DNA of 64,000 nucleotides, from NCBI GenBank assembly GCA_029931975.1, contig JAOZQY010000003.1, positions 497-64,496 on the forward strand, written 5' to 3'. Source of the stretch: Bacteroidales bacterium. Lineage in GTDB: Bacteria; Bacteroidota; Bacteroidia; Bacteroidales; GCA-2748055. A model generated the notes under the pieces. The model was not told where the DNA came from and did no database searches. It saw nothing but the letters and a program-made list of their open reading frames with translations. The translations under genes were made by a program, and so were the position numbers. Positions 9,356-18,727 of this stretch are shown here, piece by piece (within the stretch, counting starts at the first letter, position 1; each line of letters opens with the position of its first letter).

Positions 9356-10672
9356 TTATCTGATAGAACTGATAGGAACACGTTTGCCACTCTGATATCC
9401 CACCACAAATGCTCCTTGAACCACCGATAGGCCCTCAACCCGCTGCCGGTATGAAACAGCTTCGTTATAAGATTGAAATGGTCCGGTAGTATATTTGTAT
9501 AAACCTTCGTGCTGCTCTACAAGTACTTCTTTGTCCACACCAGCCTTTCTGTAAAAATCCTGGGCATCGAAGGGCTTTCGGTTGGCTGTGAGCTGTACCC
9601 TGAAATAGGTCCCGGTTCCCCTGTCTAACACTTTGGTATTGACAATCATCCTTGCCGAAGCTGTACCCACATTTGAAGAAGTGGTCTGGGGAGTGGCCTC
9701 TGTCTGTACAGGCTTCTTCACTTGCGGAGCAGTTTTGGGAACTTCAGTAAACACTCCGGTGGCCAGCAGATTTCTTTTCTGAGCACTGGTCATCTTATCC
9801 AGAGGGGCATCCACTTCCACTATGTCCGCAATCTTATTTTCATTACCTGAAGTATATGTTAACAATCCCTCTATCGACATATTACCCTGAGGTTCATTCT
9901 GCTTTGGCACAAGTCTGTAAACCACTTCAAATTCAGATTGCTCCGGCATCTTCATCCAGATAAACTTCACTGTTGATGAGGCATGTGATACGATTCCATC
10001 ACTGGAACTCACCTCCTCGAACAGGTAGCCCGATGGAATAGTCTCTTCGACCTTGGCATACTTGCTTCCTGTAGGGTTATCAATTAAAAGGTGAACCAGG
10101 TATCCTCCATTATTCTGCAATACCGGCTTTTGCCGTATGGCCTTGGCAAAAGCATCACTGTTCTGAGTAGCGACTGGTACAACAGCTGCGCCTCCTTTGA
10201 AATTCTGAATATCAACGACCAATGCCTGGTCAATGGATGAATTCGGTACAATGGTGATCATCCTGTCTTCATCAAAGTTCAAAAACTTACGTTCATCATC
10301 CACAACATAGGCAAAGACCCCACTCAGTCTAAAGGATCCTTTAAGCCTGGAATCGACCGATATCAGGTAAGAAATTTTAACTTCATTTGCTTCTGGCATC
10401 TTCAGCCATATAATCCTGACTCTCTGGTCATCAAAACTGAAATCCGCATTGGGGGAACTCAAATTACTAGCTGTCAGTCCAAGCGGCAGATCCTGTGAAA
10501 ATCGAGAATAGTCTGTCAGTGAACCCTTGGAGATGGTCACTGAAACTGTAAAATCCTCTCCTGCATTAACCCTGTCGGGATGATCAATGGATATATCCAC
10601 ATTCTGCCCATTCAGCGAAAATGCAAGAAAAAACATGGAAATGGTTAGACAATGGCTTAAGTACTTCATCAT
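9356..10672 (-). CDS. SPOR domain-containing secreted protein with duplicated N-terminal domains
   Basis: 438-aa ORF. Signal peptide, two paralogous roughly 85-aa modules (IIWLKMPE / FIWMKMPE), a T/P/Q-rich linker and a C-terminal SPOR motif YFRVQLTANRKPF. Confidence 0.7.
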   Translation of the reverse strand: MMKYLSHCLTISMFFLAFSLNGQNVDISIDHPDRVNAGEDFTVSVTISKGSLTDYSRFSQDLPLGLTASNLSSPNADFSFDDQRVRIIWLKMPEANEVKISYLISVDSRLKGSFRLSGVFAYVVDDERKFLNFDEDRMITIVPNSSIDQALVVDIQNFKGGAAVVPVATQNSDAFAKAIRQKPVLQNNGGYLVHLLIDNPTGSKYAKVEETIPSGYLFEEVSSSDGIVSHASSTVKFIWMKMPEQSEFEVVYRLVPKQNEPQGNMSIEGLLTYTSGNENKIADIVEVDAPLDKMTSAQKRNLLATGVFTEVPKTAPQVKKPVQTEATPQTTSSNVGTASARMIVNTKVLDRGTGTYFRVQLTANRKPFDAQDFYRKAGVDKEVLVEQHEGLYKYTTGPFQSYNEAVSYRQRVEGLSVVQGAFVVGYQSGKRVPISSIR

Positions 10673-10756
10673 GAGAAGAATTAATTATTGATACAATGTA
10701 CAAAATAATTTTTCAAGTAATCACTGTATTTACTAACACTACAGCAAGTTCACTCT

Positions 10757-11467
10757 CTAGAAATTAGGACTTAAGAGGTATTTTGAATAGAATTGATTTA
10801 TCACATCCACTGCCTCATCTGCACTGTCCACCAGTGTAAAGAGGTTCATGTCCTCCCGACTGATATTTTCCTCCTCCTCTTGCACCACCTTGTCAATCCA
10901 GTCCATCAAACCTTTCCAGAAATCGGAACCCACCAGCACAATTGGAAACTTCCCTATTTTTCCGGTCTGAATCAGCGTTGCCGACTCAAAGAATTCATCA
11001 AAGGTCCCGAATCCACCTGGCAAGACCACAAATCCCTGGGCATACTTCTGAAACATCACTTTCCTGACAAAGAAGTGCTTGAATGTGATCAGCTTATCCG
11101 AATCTATATATGGATTAGATCCCTGCTCAAAGGGGAGGTGTATACCCAAGCCGACACTGATACCTTCTCCTCGCATAGCTCCTTTATTGGCTGCTTCCAT
11201 AATACCCGGACCGCCCCCGGTAATTACTCCGTAACCACTCTGGGTCAGCTTATAGGCAATCTCTTCAGCCAGTTTATAATACCTGGTATGGGCTTCGGTT
11301 CTGGCCGATCCAAACAGAGAAACACATGGCCCGATTGAACCCATTTTCTCGAATCCTTCCACAAACTCTGCCATGATCTTAAAGATCTGCCATGAATCGG
11401 AGGCTTTTATCTCGTTCCAGGTCTTCTGCTTAAAAGCCTTCTTGATTTTGTCTTCACTAGCACCCAT
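10757..11467 (-). CDS. LOG family (TIGR00730) Rossmann-fold nucleotide-binding protein
   Basis: 236-aa ORF carrying GGGPGIMEAANKGA and PGGFGTFDEFFE, the two LOG-family signature motifs. Confidence 0.85.
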   Translation of the reverse strand: MGASEDKIKKAFKQKTWNEIKASDSWQIFKIMAEFVEGFEKMGSIGPCVSLFGSARTEAHTRYYKLAEEIAYKLTQSGYGVITGGGPGIMEAANKGAMRGEGISVGLGIHLPFEQGSNPYIDSDKLITFKHFFVRKVMFQKYAQGFVVLPGGFGTFDEFFESATLIQTGKIGKFPIVLVGSDFWKGLMDWIDKVVQEEEENISREDMNLFTLVDSADEAVDVINQFYSKYLLSPNF

Positions 11468-11503
11468 CTCTTTTCTTTTTATTAGTAGAACAATTTAACC
11501 AAT

Positions 11504-14374
11504 TTATCCCAAAGCTAATTCCTCCCTAAGAAAATAACCGGTATAGCTTTCCGCTACTATGGCAAGCTCTTCAGGAGTCCCTTCAGCCAGAATGGTTCCT
11601 CCCTTATTCCCGCCATCTTTGCCCAGGTCGATAATATGATCCGCCACCTTAATTACATCCATATTATGTTCGATCATAATCACGGTATTGCCCTTGTTTA
11701 CCAGCCTGGCGATGACGTCCAGCAATACCCTGACATCTTCAAAATGAAGCCCAGTCGTCGGTTCATCCAGGATATAAAGGGTTTTCCCTGTATCCTTTTT
11801 TGCTAACTCAGCCGAAAGCTTTACCCGTTGCGATTCACCTCCGGAAAGCGTGGTGGATGGCTGACCCAGCCGGATATAGCCAAGTCCAACTTCCTGCAGG
11901 GTCTTTAGTTTTCTCAGAATGGATGGAATGCTGGAGAAAAACTCCACCGCCTGGTTAATGGTCATCTTCAATACATCATTGATGTTCTTATCCTTGAACC
12001 TGACCTCCAGGGTTTCCCGGTTATACCGCTTACCGTTACAGGCTTTGCAAGGTACGTATACATCCGGAAGAAAATTCATCTCTATAGTCTGCAGCCCCGC
12101 ACCACCACAGGTTTCGCAACGTCCTCCCTTAACGTTGAATGAGAACCTGCTGGCCTTGTATCCACGAATTTTTGCATCGGATGTCTGCTCAAAAAGTTTC
12201 CTGATATCGCTGAATACGCCGGTGTAGGTCACGGGGTTTGAGCGGGGCGTTCGGCCAAGAGGACTCTGATCCACCTCGATAACCTTATCAATCAGATCGA
12301 GCCCCTCAAGAGATTCATATGGCAACGGATCCTTGTTGGATCTGTAAAGCTTCTGACTTATGATAGGGTGCAGAGTTTCATTAATCAAGGTCGATTTGCC
12401 ACTGCCACTTACTCCGGTAATGCAAATGAACTTGCCCAGGGGAAAAGCAACACTCACATTTTTCAGGTTATTGCCTGAAGCACCGCTAAGTTTTAGTTCC
12501 TTTCCATTCCCTGGCCTTCGTTTATGGGGAATGGCTATCTCTTTTGTCTGGTTCAGGTATTGGGCCGTCAGGGTTTCACCCTTCAGAATCTGAGCCGGTG
12601 AACCATGAGCAACAAGTTCTCCTCCCAGGCGGCCCGCACCCGGACCCAGATCCACAATATGATCGGCCGAAAGGATCATGTCCTTGTCATGCTCCACAAC
12701 AATCACCGAATTTCCCTGATCCCGGAGATTTTGCAAGGAAACAATAAGCTTCCTGTTATCACGCTGATGCAGTCCGATACTAGGCTCATCCAGAATATAT
12801 AGGACATTAACCAACCTGGAACCAATCTGGGTTGCCAGCCTGATCCGTTGACTCTCACCCCCCGAAAGCGAACGAGCACTGCGTTGAAGGGAGAGATAAT
12901 TCAGCCCCACATCCAGCAGGAATCCAAGTCTGCTTCGAATCTCCTTCAGGATATCCCGGGCAATAATATTTTGTCGCTCGCTCAAATGCTTCTCAATATG
13001 ACTGAACCATTCGGCGAGCTCGCCGATATCCATCGCCGATAAGTCTGCGATACTTTTCTCATTGATCCGGAAATAGAGCATTTCTGTTTTCAACCGCATC
13101 CCCTTGCAATGGGGACAGGTGACCTTCCTTATAAACTGTCTGACATGCTGAGATCTTTTATTGCCATTTCCCTCACCTGCACCGTTCTGTATGTGATTGA
13201 TAATTCCTTCAAAGCTGAGGAAGTAGTTAGAATTAGCTCCCAGAGGGGTATTCATTAGCTTTAATGGCTCCTCAGAACCAAAAAGAATACATCGCATGGC
13301 CTCTTCAGCAATCTCCTTCACCGGGGTATCCAGTGAAAAACCGTATTTAGACACAATAGCATCCATCTGCCAGAATATAAGTGCATTCCTGTATTTCCCC
13401 AGGGGTAACAGAGCCCCGTTCCGGATGCTTTTGCTATCGTCGGGCACAATTTTTTTGATATCCACATCATTAATTATTCCAAGTCCATTGCAATGGGGAC
13501 AGGCTCCATGGGGGGAGTTAAAGGAAAAACTATGGGGAGCGGGTTCGTTGTAAGAGATCCCGGAAGTGGGACACATTAACTGGCTGGAAAAATAACGGAG
13601 TTCGCTTCCATCCTTCTCCTGGATCATGGTAACCCCTTTCCCCTGTTTCAAAGCAGCTGACAAAGATTTTTTCAACCTCTCCCGGTCCTTCTCCCTCGCA
13701 GAGAGCCGGTCAATCACAATCTCAACATCATGATTCTTGTATCGGTCTATTCGCATCCCTGGCATAAGCTCCTTAATCTCACCATCGATGCGTGCATAGA
13801 TATAGCCGTTCCGCCTGATCTGTTCAAACAACTCCCGGTAGTGGCCCTTTCGTCCCCTCACCACGGGAGCCAACATATAAATTTTCTTTTCGGAAAAGGC
13901 CTCCATAATAATATTCAGAATCTGCTCCTCTGTGTATTTCACCATCTTCTCGCCCGTCACGTAGGAATATGCATCGGATGCCCGTGCATAGAGGAGTCTG
14001 AGGAAATCATAAATCTCGGTCACTGTACCCACTGTGGAACGTGGATTTTTATTAGTGGTTTTCTGCTCGATGGAGATCACCGGACTCAGGCCGGTAATTT
14101 TATCAACATCGGGACGTTCCATATTCCCCAGGAATTGCCGTGCGTATGCACTCAGCGTTTCTATATACCTTCGTTGCCCTTCGGCATAAATGGTATCAAA
14201 GGCCAGGGAAGACTTCCCACTTCCGCTTAATCCGGTGATCACCGTCAGACTGTTCCGTGGAATGCTTACATCAATATTTTTCAGGTTGTGCACACGCGCA
14301 CCCAGCACCTCTATTTTCTGCTCTTCCTTAATCACGCTATCTGCTTTCCTCCATATATTGTGGATCCCATGCAT
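11504..14374 (-). CDS. uvrA: excinuclease ABC subunit UvrA
   Basis: 956-aa ORF with GLSGSGKSSLAFDTIYAEGQRRY, a second P-loop GVSGSGKST, zinc modules CPHCNGLG and CETCGGAG, and LSGGESQR twice. The ATG at 14374 overlaps the upstream gene by 38 nt. A GTG at 14335, 1 nt after that gene's stop, gives MIKEEQKIEVLGARVHNLKN and is an equally plausible start. Confidence 0.95.
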   Translation of the reverse strand: MHGIHNIWRKADSVIKEEQKIEVLGARVHNLKNIDVSIPRNSLTVITGLSGSGKSSLAFDTIYAEGQRRYIETLSAYARQFLGNMERPDVDKITGLSPVISIEQKTTNKNPRSTVGTVTEIYDFLRLLYARASDAYSYVTGEKMVKYTEEQILNIIMEAFSEKKIYMLAPVVRGRKGHYRELFEQIRRNGYIYARIDGEIKELMPGMRIDRYKNHDVEIVIDRLSAREKDRERLKKSLSAALKQGKGVTMIQEKDGSELRYFSSQLMCPTSGISYNEPAPHSFSFNSPHGACPHCNGLGIINDVDIKKIVPDDSKSIRNGALLPLGKYRNALIFWQMDAIVSKYGFSLDTPVKEIAEEAMRCILFGSEEPLKLMNTPLGANSNYFLSFEGIINHIQNGAGEGNGNKRSQHVRQFIRKVTCPHCKGMRLKTEMLYFRINEKSIADLSAMDIGELAEWFSHIEKHLSERQNIIARDILKEIRSRLGFLLDVGLNYLSLQRSARSLSGGESQRIRLATQIGSRLVNVLYILDEPSIGLHQRDNRKLIVSLQNLRDQGNSVIVVEHDKDMILSADHIVDLGPGAGRLGGELVAHGSPAQILKGETLTAQYLNQTKEIAIPHKRRPGNGKELKLSGASGNNLKNVSVAFPLGKFICITGVSGSGKSTLINETLHPIISQKLYRSNKDPLPYESLEGLDLIDKVIEVDQSPLGRTPRSNPVTYTGVFSDIRKLFEQTSDAKIRGYKASRFSFNVKGGRCETCGGAGLQTIEMNFLPDVYVPCKACNGKRYNRETLEVRFKDKNINDVLKMTINQAVEFFSSIPSILRKLKTLQEVGLGYIRLGQPSTTLSGGESQRVKLSAELAKKDTGKTLYILDEPTTGLHFEDVRVLLDVIARLVNKGNTVIMIEHNMDVIKVADHIIDLGKDGGNKGGTILAEGTPEELAIVAESYTGYFLREELALG

Positions 14375-15323
14375 TCGGACGACGATAGCCTCTCTCAGGA
14401 ATCAGAATCTCGTAGTTCTTCCCCGAAGAATTGGACAACTTGTTGTCCCTTAACCAGGGGTTCAGGTATTTTAAAATCTTGTAATTGGTCCCATGTTCAT
14501 CTGCAAAAACAGCAAAATCTCCTATGGCACTATCAACTTCTACAACATGAACAGGAATTTCGGGATAAAGATCCTTCTCAGACAGGATAAAGCCATATGC
14601 AGCAGGGTTTTCAAAAATAAGTTTAAAAGACAGTACCCTGTACAGATATCTGGCAGTTTCTTCATTGAGGAGCAGATCGTAATAGTTCTCCTTATACTGG
14701 CGTTCGATCTGCCTGTCCACTCCCCTCCTGCCTGCATTGTAAGAGGCTGCAGTCATTGTCCAGTTGCCATACTTCTTGTAGGAATCAATCAGGTACTGAC
14801 ACGCAACCTCCGTAGATTTAAGCACATGATAACGTTCATCAATCTCGGCCCCAACCTCCAGTCCATAATCCTGTGCCGTTCCTTTCATAAGTTGCCAGAA
14901 CCCCACTGCTTTTGCGGGAGACACTGCCTGTGTTAAACCGCTTTCTGCCACTGCAAGGTATTTGAAGTCATCCGGAACCAGGTTATTTTTAAGCACCGGT
15001 TCAATCTCCGGAAAATAGCGGTTAGCCATTTTGATCAAGCGGATAGTCTGAGAATGAAAATAGGTATTGATGAGTAACTCCCTGTCCAGCGCTTCCTTCA
15101 CATCAAACAGATCCAGAGGTACCGGTTCACCAGCAAATGTGGCCCTGTCCGGGATCTCGACCCCATATATTGTATAAGATTCTTTATGGGCAGGCTCCAC
15201 CGAACCCGACCCGGTGCCCGTATAAGCTGTTGCAGCCAGCAAGATTGCCAGTCCACCGGTAACAAAAAACGATATTAAAAAAAGGTAATGCTTTGCTCTC
15301 CTGCCTTTATCTTCCCTGATCAT
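14337..15323 (-). CDS. lytic transglycosylase (SLT/GH23 domain, MltD-like, no LysM)
   Basis: 328-aa ORF. N-terminal TM/signal anchor, catalytic-Glu motif AVAESGL, GFWQLM and ASYNAGRRGV. Confidence 0.8.
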   Translation of the reverse strand: MIREDKGRRAKHYLFLISFFVTGGLAILLAATAYTGTGSGSVEPAHKESYTIYGVEIPDRATFAGEPVPLDLFDVKEALDRELLINTYFHSQTIRLIKMANRYFPEIEPVLKNNLVPDDFKYLAVAESGLTQAVSPAKAVGFWQLMKGTAQDYGLEVGAEIDERYHVLKSTEVACQYLIDSYKKYGNWTMTAASYNAGRRGVDRQIERQYKENYYDLLLNEETARYLYRVLSFKLIFENPAAYGFILSEKDLYPEIPVHVVEVDSAIGDFAVFADEHGTNYKILKYLNPWLRDNKLSNSSGKNYEILIPERGYRRPNAWDPQYMEESR

Positions 15324-15415
15324 GTTCTGCCTTCCTAAAATGAATATCCTTTTTCACAGCAATCCACAAAATTACTGAAATGTTTTCATTCTTCTAAAGA
15401 AAGAAGTGAAAGCTT

Positions 15416-16738
15416 CTAGAAGGTATAACTCAGGCCTGTATAAAACCCGATGGAATAGGGCCTGGTGGAAGGAAGTGAGGAATCATTCACTGAATTAATA
15501 AAATACCTGAATCTTGGCTCCAGATTCAGACATAGCTTTTCGCCCAGGTGATAAATCATTCCCAGTCCGGCATTCCCTGAATAGTTAATCGCTTTAACAT
15601 TGGAAAGATAACCAATCTCTTCCTGTCCCGAAGCGCCCTCCATACTCACATAATTGTTCACCAGGAAATTGGCGCTCATTCCGCCTACCAACTGCAATTC
15701 GATGGTCCTGTCGACAATCGAATAACGCAGATTAAAAGGTAGCTCCAGGTAATCCAGGTGTTGCTGAATTCCCTGATCAGAAGTCTGAACATCATTCATA
15801 GCGGCAAAGGCCTGGATATCTGTTGAATTTTCCGCATTGATCTTATACCCGTTCATATAGATATCGCCCGAATAGGCAATGATATTTCCCACCGAGTTAC
15901 TCACTGTCCTGATATCGGCCCGTTCCGATCCTGCCCCAAATATCATATTATCGTATGCCTGATTGAATACCTGGATTCCAGGAGCGCCAATGGAAATCCC
16001 TGTTTTATTAAAATATATACCTGTTTCAATGGCAAGTCTGGAGTTTCTTCGGTAACTTACATATATTCCGGTGGAGTATGATAACAATCCCGTTTCAGCA
16101 GGACTGTTGGTCATGGCCTCAGCATCACGAAAACTGTAGAGGGGTGAAAGAGCAGCGCCCAGCATCCACCTAGGATCTTTATTCTTTCCAGGAGGCAACA
16201 TCAGGTCCGGATCTCCATTCAGATCGCTAATCTCTTCCTTTTCCAGCAACACTACAGAATCAGGAAATTCATCCACTTCCTGGAGATCATTTTGCTCATG
16301 AAGAGTATCAGGCAGGGTTTTGCCCTCGCTCTCCTGTGCCAGAGCCATACTCTGCATGGTCAAGGCCAGGGAACGGTTCTGGTTGGCCTGCTTATGGCTG
16401 CCTGGTTGCTTTAGAACAACCTTCTGTTCCAACTTTGAACCTTCCTCCTTTTCATTAATGGTTTTTTCAGATCTTTCAAGGGCCTCCTCAAGCAGGGGTA
16501 GCTCTTCCACATACGCTTCATCCCGGGACAGATCCGGTCCGAAAAAATGGAGTCCAAGGGTAAGAGCAAGTGCAAAAGAAGCTGCCGCAGCTATAAGAAT
16601 AATAAACAGTCCCCTTCTTTTACGCCCCCCTCCGGTTTGTGCTGAAATCTCGCTCCACACCTTCTCCGGTGGATCCACCTGGTAGGTCCCCAGCTTATCC
16701 TTCAGAAATCCCTTGTTCATATCTGCCTGATCGTTCAT
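15416..16738 (-). CDS. anti-sigma-like membrane protein with C-terminal PorT-type beta-barrel region
   Basis: 440-aa ORF with ATGA overlap onto the upstream ECF sigma gene. Single TM helix LFIILIAAAASFALALTLGLHFF, an acidic linker, C-terminal strands with YLELPFNLRY, and a terminal ...GLSYTF. Confidence 0.6.
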   Translation of the reverse strand: MNDQADMNKGFLKDKLGTYQVDPPEKVWSEISAQTGGGRKRRGLFIILIAAAASFALALTLGLHFFGPDLSRDEAYVEELPLLEEALERSEKTINEKEEGSKLEQKVVLKQPGSHKQANQNRSLALTMQSMALAQESEGKTLPDTLHEQNDLQEVDEFPDSVVLLEKEEISDLNGDPDLMLPPGKNKDPRWMLGAALSPLYSFRDAEAMTNSPAETGLLSYSTGIYVSYRRNSRLAIETGIYFNKTGISIGAPGIQVFNQAYDNMIFGAGSERADIRTVSNSVGNIIAYSGDIYMNGYKINAENSTDIQAFAAMNDVQTSDQGIQQHLDYLELPFNLRYSIVDRTIELQLVGGMSANFLVNNYVSMEGASGQEEIGYLSNVKAINYSGNAGLGMIYHLGEKLCLNLEPRFRYFINSVNDSSLPSTRPYSIGFYTGLSYTF

Positions 16739-17304
16739 CTTACAATTACTGATCCATACATGTTTTTTATCTTTTCCTGCAATATGGCCCGGGCCCTGGA
16801 GAGGTTTGACTTAGAGGTTCCAACCGAGATTCCAAGCTCTTTACTTACCTCCTGATGCGAATATCCTTCAATGGCATAGAGGTTAAATACCATGCGGTAT
16901 TTCGGAGTCAGTGTCTGAATCAAGCCCACCAGCTCTTTGCAGGTCAGAGCTTCAAATGCTTCATTACTGGAAACCTCCTCAATGCTCTCCTTCATCTCGC
17001 CGACCCGTTGAAGAACAACCTGGCTCCGGTACTTTTCCAGTGCTGTATTAATCATCACCCTGCGGATCCAACCTGGCAGGGCAGCCGGGTTTTTCACCTG
17101 TTCCAGCTTTGTAAATACTTTAATGAACCCATCTTGCAGAATATCCTGTGCATCCTCTTCATTATTGGCATACTGCAGACATAAGCCATACATGGCTGAT
17201 GCAAACTTCCGGTAAAGCTCCTCCTGACTTCCAGGCTTACCTCGTTTGCACTCTGACAATAATATATCCAGTGTTTCTGCCAATCCAGTTTTCCTCCTTG
17301 ACAA
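16735..17304 (-). CDS. ECF-type RNA polymerase sigma-70 family factor
   Basis: 189-aa ORF. Region 2 (DAQDILQDGFIKVF, PGWIRRVMINTALEKYR) and a region 4 HTH (EGYSHQEVSKELGISVGTSKSNLSRAR). The start is a TTG, so the exact start is uncertain. Confidence 0.85.
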   Translation of the reverse strand: MSRRKTGLAETLDILLSECKRGKPGSQEELYRKFASAMYGLCLQYANNEEDAQDILQDGFIKVFTKLEQVKNPAALPGWIRRVMINTALEKYRSQVVLQRVGEMKESIEEVSSNEAFEALTCKELVGLIQTLTPKYRMVFNLYAIEGYSHQEVSKELGISVGTSKSNLSRARAILQEKIKNMYGSVIVR

Positions 17305-17489
17305 ATTTATGCAAATTGGCAGGATTTCTTATCTCGAGTCACGATACTATGATGCAAAAGGCCTGTAAGTGGTTGCGTAGGGCACCGAACGCAACCTGGA
17401 GGGGGGTAGATTCGTCTTATCATTAAAATACTCCGGTCCACAATAGGATCCCTTTGAAAACGTGCTAATAATTAACCTTATTAATAGAG

Positions 17490-18710
17490 ATGAAAACTTA
17501 CAGACTCCCAATTCTATTAAGCCTGGCACTCGCCTTCCTCGGAACCGGCTGCAGTCAGGATCCAAACATCCCGGAATTCGATTATAACCTGAAATCCGCT
17601 AAAGTTATCGAGACCAACAACGACTTCGGATTGAAACTCCTGAAGACAGTTTTTGAGGAAGATGAGAAAGCAAATATCATGATCTCTCCCGCTTCGGTTA
17701 GCATCGCACTGGGTATGGCCTATAACGGCGCTGAAACCACCACCATGGATGCCTTTGAAGAGGTATTGAACTACGAGGGACTCACCCGCGAAGAGATCAA
17801 CGAAATCACCAAAGAGCTGATTCAGGTGTTGGTCACCAATGTGAAAGGCAACCTGCTGGAGGTGGCAAACTCCATGTGGTACGATAAGGGCTTCCCGGTG
17901 GAACCTGAATTTATAAGTCTGAACAGCCACTACTACAGTGCCGATGTCAAGGAGCTGGATTTCAGTCAGGCCAGTGCAGTCAAGACCATTAATGACTGGG
18001 TGAACGACAAGACCAATGGCAAAATAGAGGAGATTATTGAAACAATCGACCCTGCCGTAATGATGATCCTTATCAACGCCATCTATTTCAACTGCGTGTG
18101 GGACGTGGAATTTGATCCCGACCTGACCCGCCAGGCCAATTTTTTCAATGAAGATGGAAGTGTGTTCGCTAAGGTTGATATGATGCAGCTGGAAGAAAAA
18201 TTTAAAGTCGCAAACAACGACTCCTTCTCTGCAGTGGAGCTTCCCTATAAAAATGGGAAATTCAGCATGCTTTTATTCCTTCCCTCAGAAGAAAGCTCCG
18301 TGAATCAACTGGTGCAGAACCTGGACGTAACGACCTGGAACAGCTGGCTGGAAGGTTTTTACGAGCAGGGAGAAGTCTCCGTATTTATGCCCAGGTTCGA
18401 ATTTGAATTTGAACGCTCCCTGGCAGATGATCTAAAAGCCATGGGCCTGGATATTGCCTTTACCGACCTGGCTGATTTCTCAGGCATCAGTACTATCCCA
18501 CTTCACATCGCCGATGTGATCCACAAGACCTATATCAAGGTGAATGAAGAGGGGACAGAAGCCGCTGCTGTAACAGCAGTCGTTTTTGAGCTTACCTCTG
18601 TTGGCCCCCTCAATGAAATCAGGCTCGATCGGCCTTTCCTCTTTGCCATCACTGAGAACTCCAGTAAATCAATTGTATTTATGGGGAAAGTCAGCGAACC
18701 GGCCTACTAA
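17490..18710 (+). CDS. serpin family protein (lipoprotein signal)
   Basis: 406-aa ORF. Lipobox LGTGC, serpin core (ISPASVSIALGMAYNGA, INAIYF), inhibitory-type hinge EEGTEAAAVT, and C-terminal FLFAI. Confidence 0.85.
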   Translation: MKTYRLPILLSLALAFLGTGCSQDPNIPEFDYNLKSAKVIETNNDFGLKLLKTVFEEDEKANIMISPASVSIALGMAYNGAETTTMDAFEEVLNYEGLTREEINEITKELIQVLVTNVKGNLLEVANSMWYDKGFPVEPEFISLNSHYYSADVKELDFSQASAVKTINDWVNDKTNGKIEEIIETIDPAVMMILINAIYFNCVWDVEFDPDLTRQANFFNEDGSVFAKVDMMQLEEKFKVANNDSFSAVELPYKNGKFSMLLFLPSEESSVNQLVQNLDVTTWNSWLEGFYEQGEVSVFMPRFEFEFERSLADDLKAMGLDIAFTDLADFSGISTIPLHIADVIHKTYIKVNEEGTEAAAVTAVVFELTSVGPLNEIRLDRPFLFAITENSSKSIVFMGKVSEPAY

Positions 18711-18727
18711 CTCATTAACATATTAAC

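Noticed and set aside
17347-17565. 72-aa minus-strand ORF spanning the sigma-serpin spacer and the serpin start.
   Set aside because: It overlaps the serpin signal-peptide coding region antisense, is Arg/Ser/Pro-rich, and has no family resemblance.
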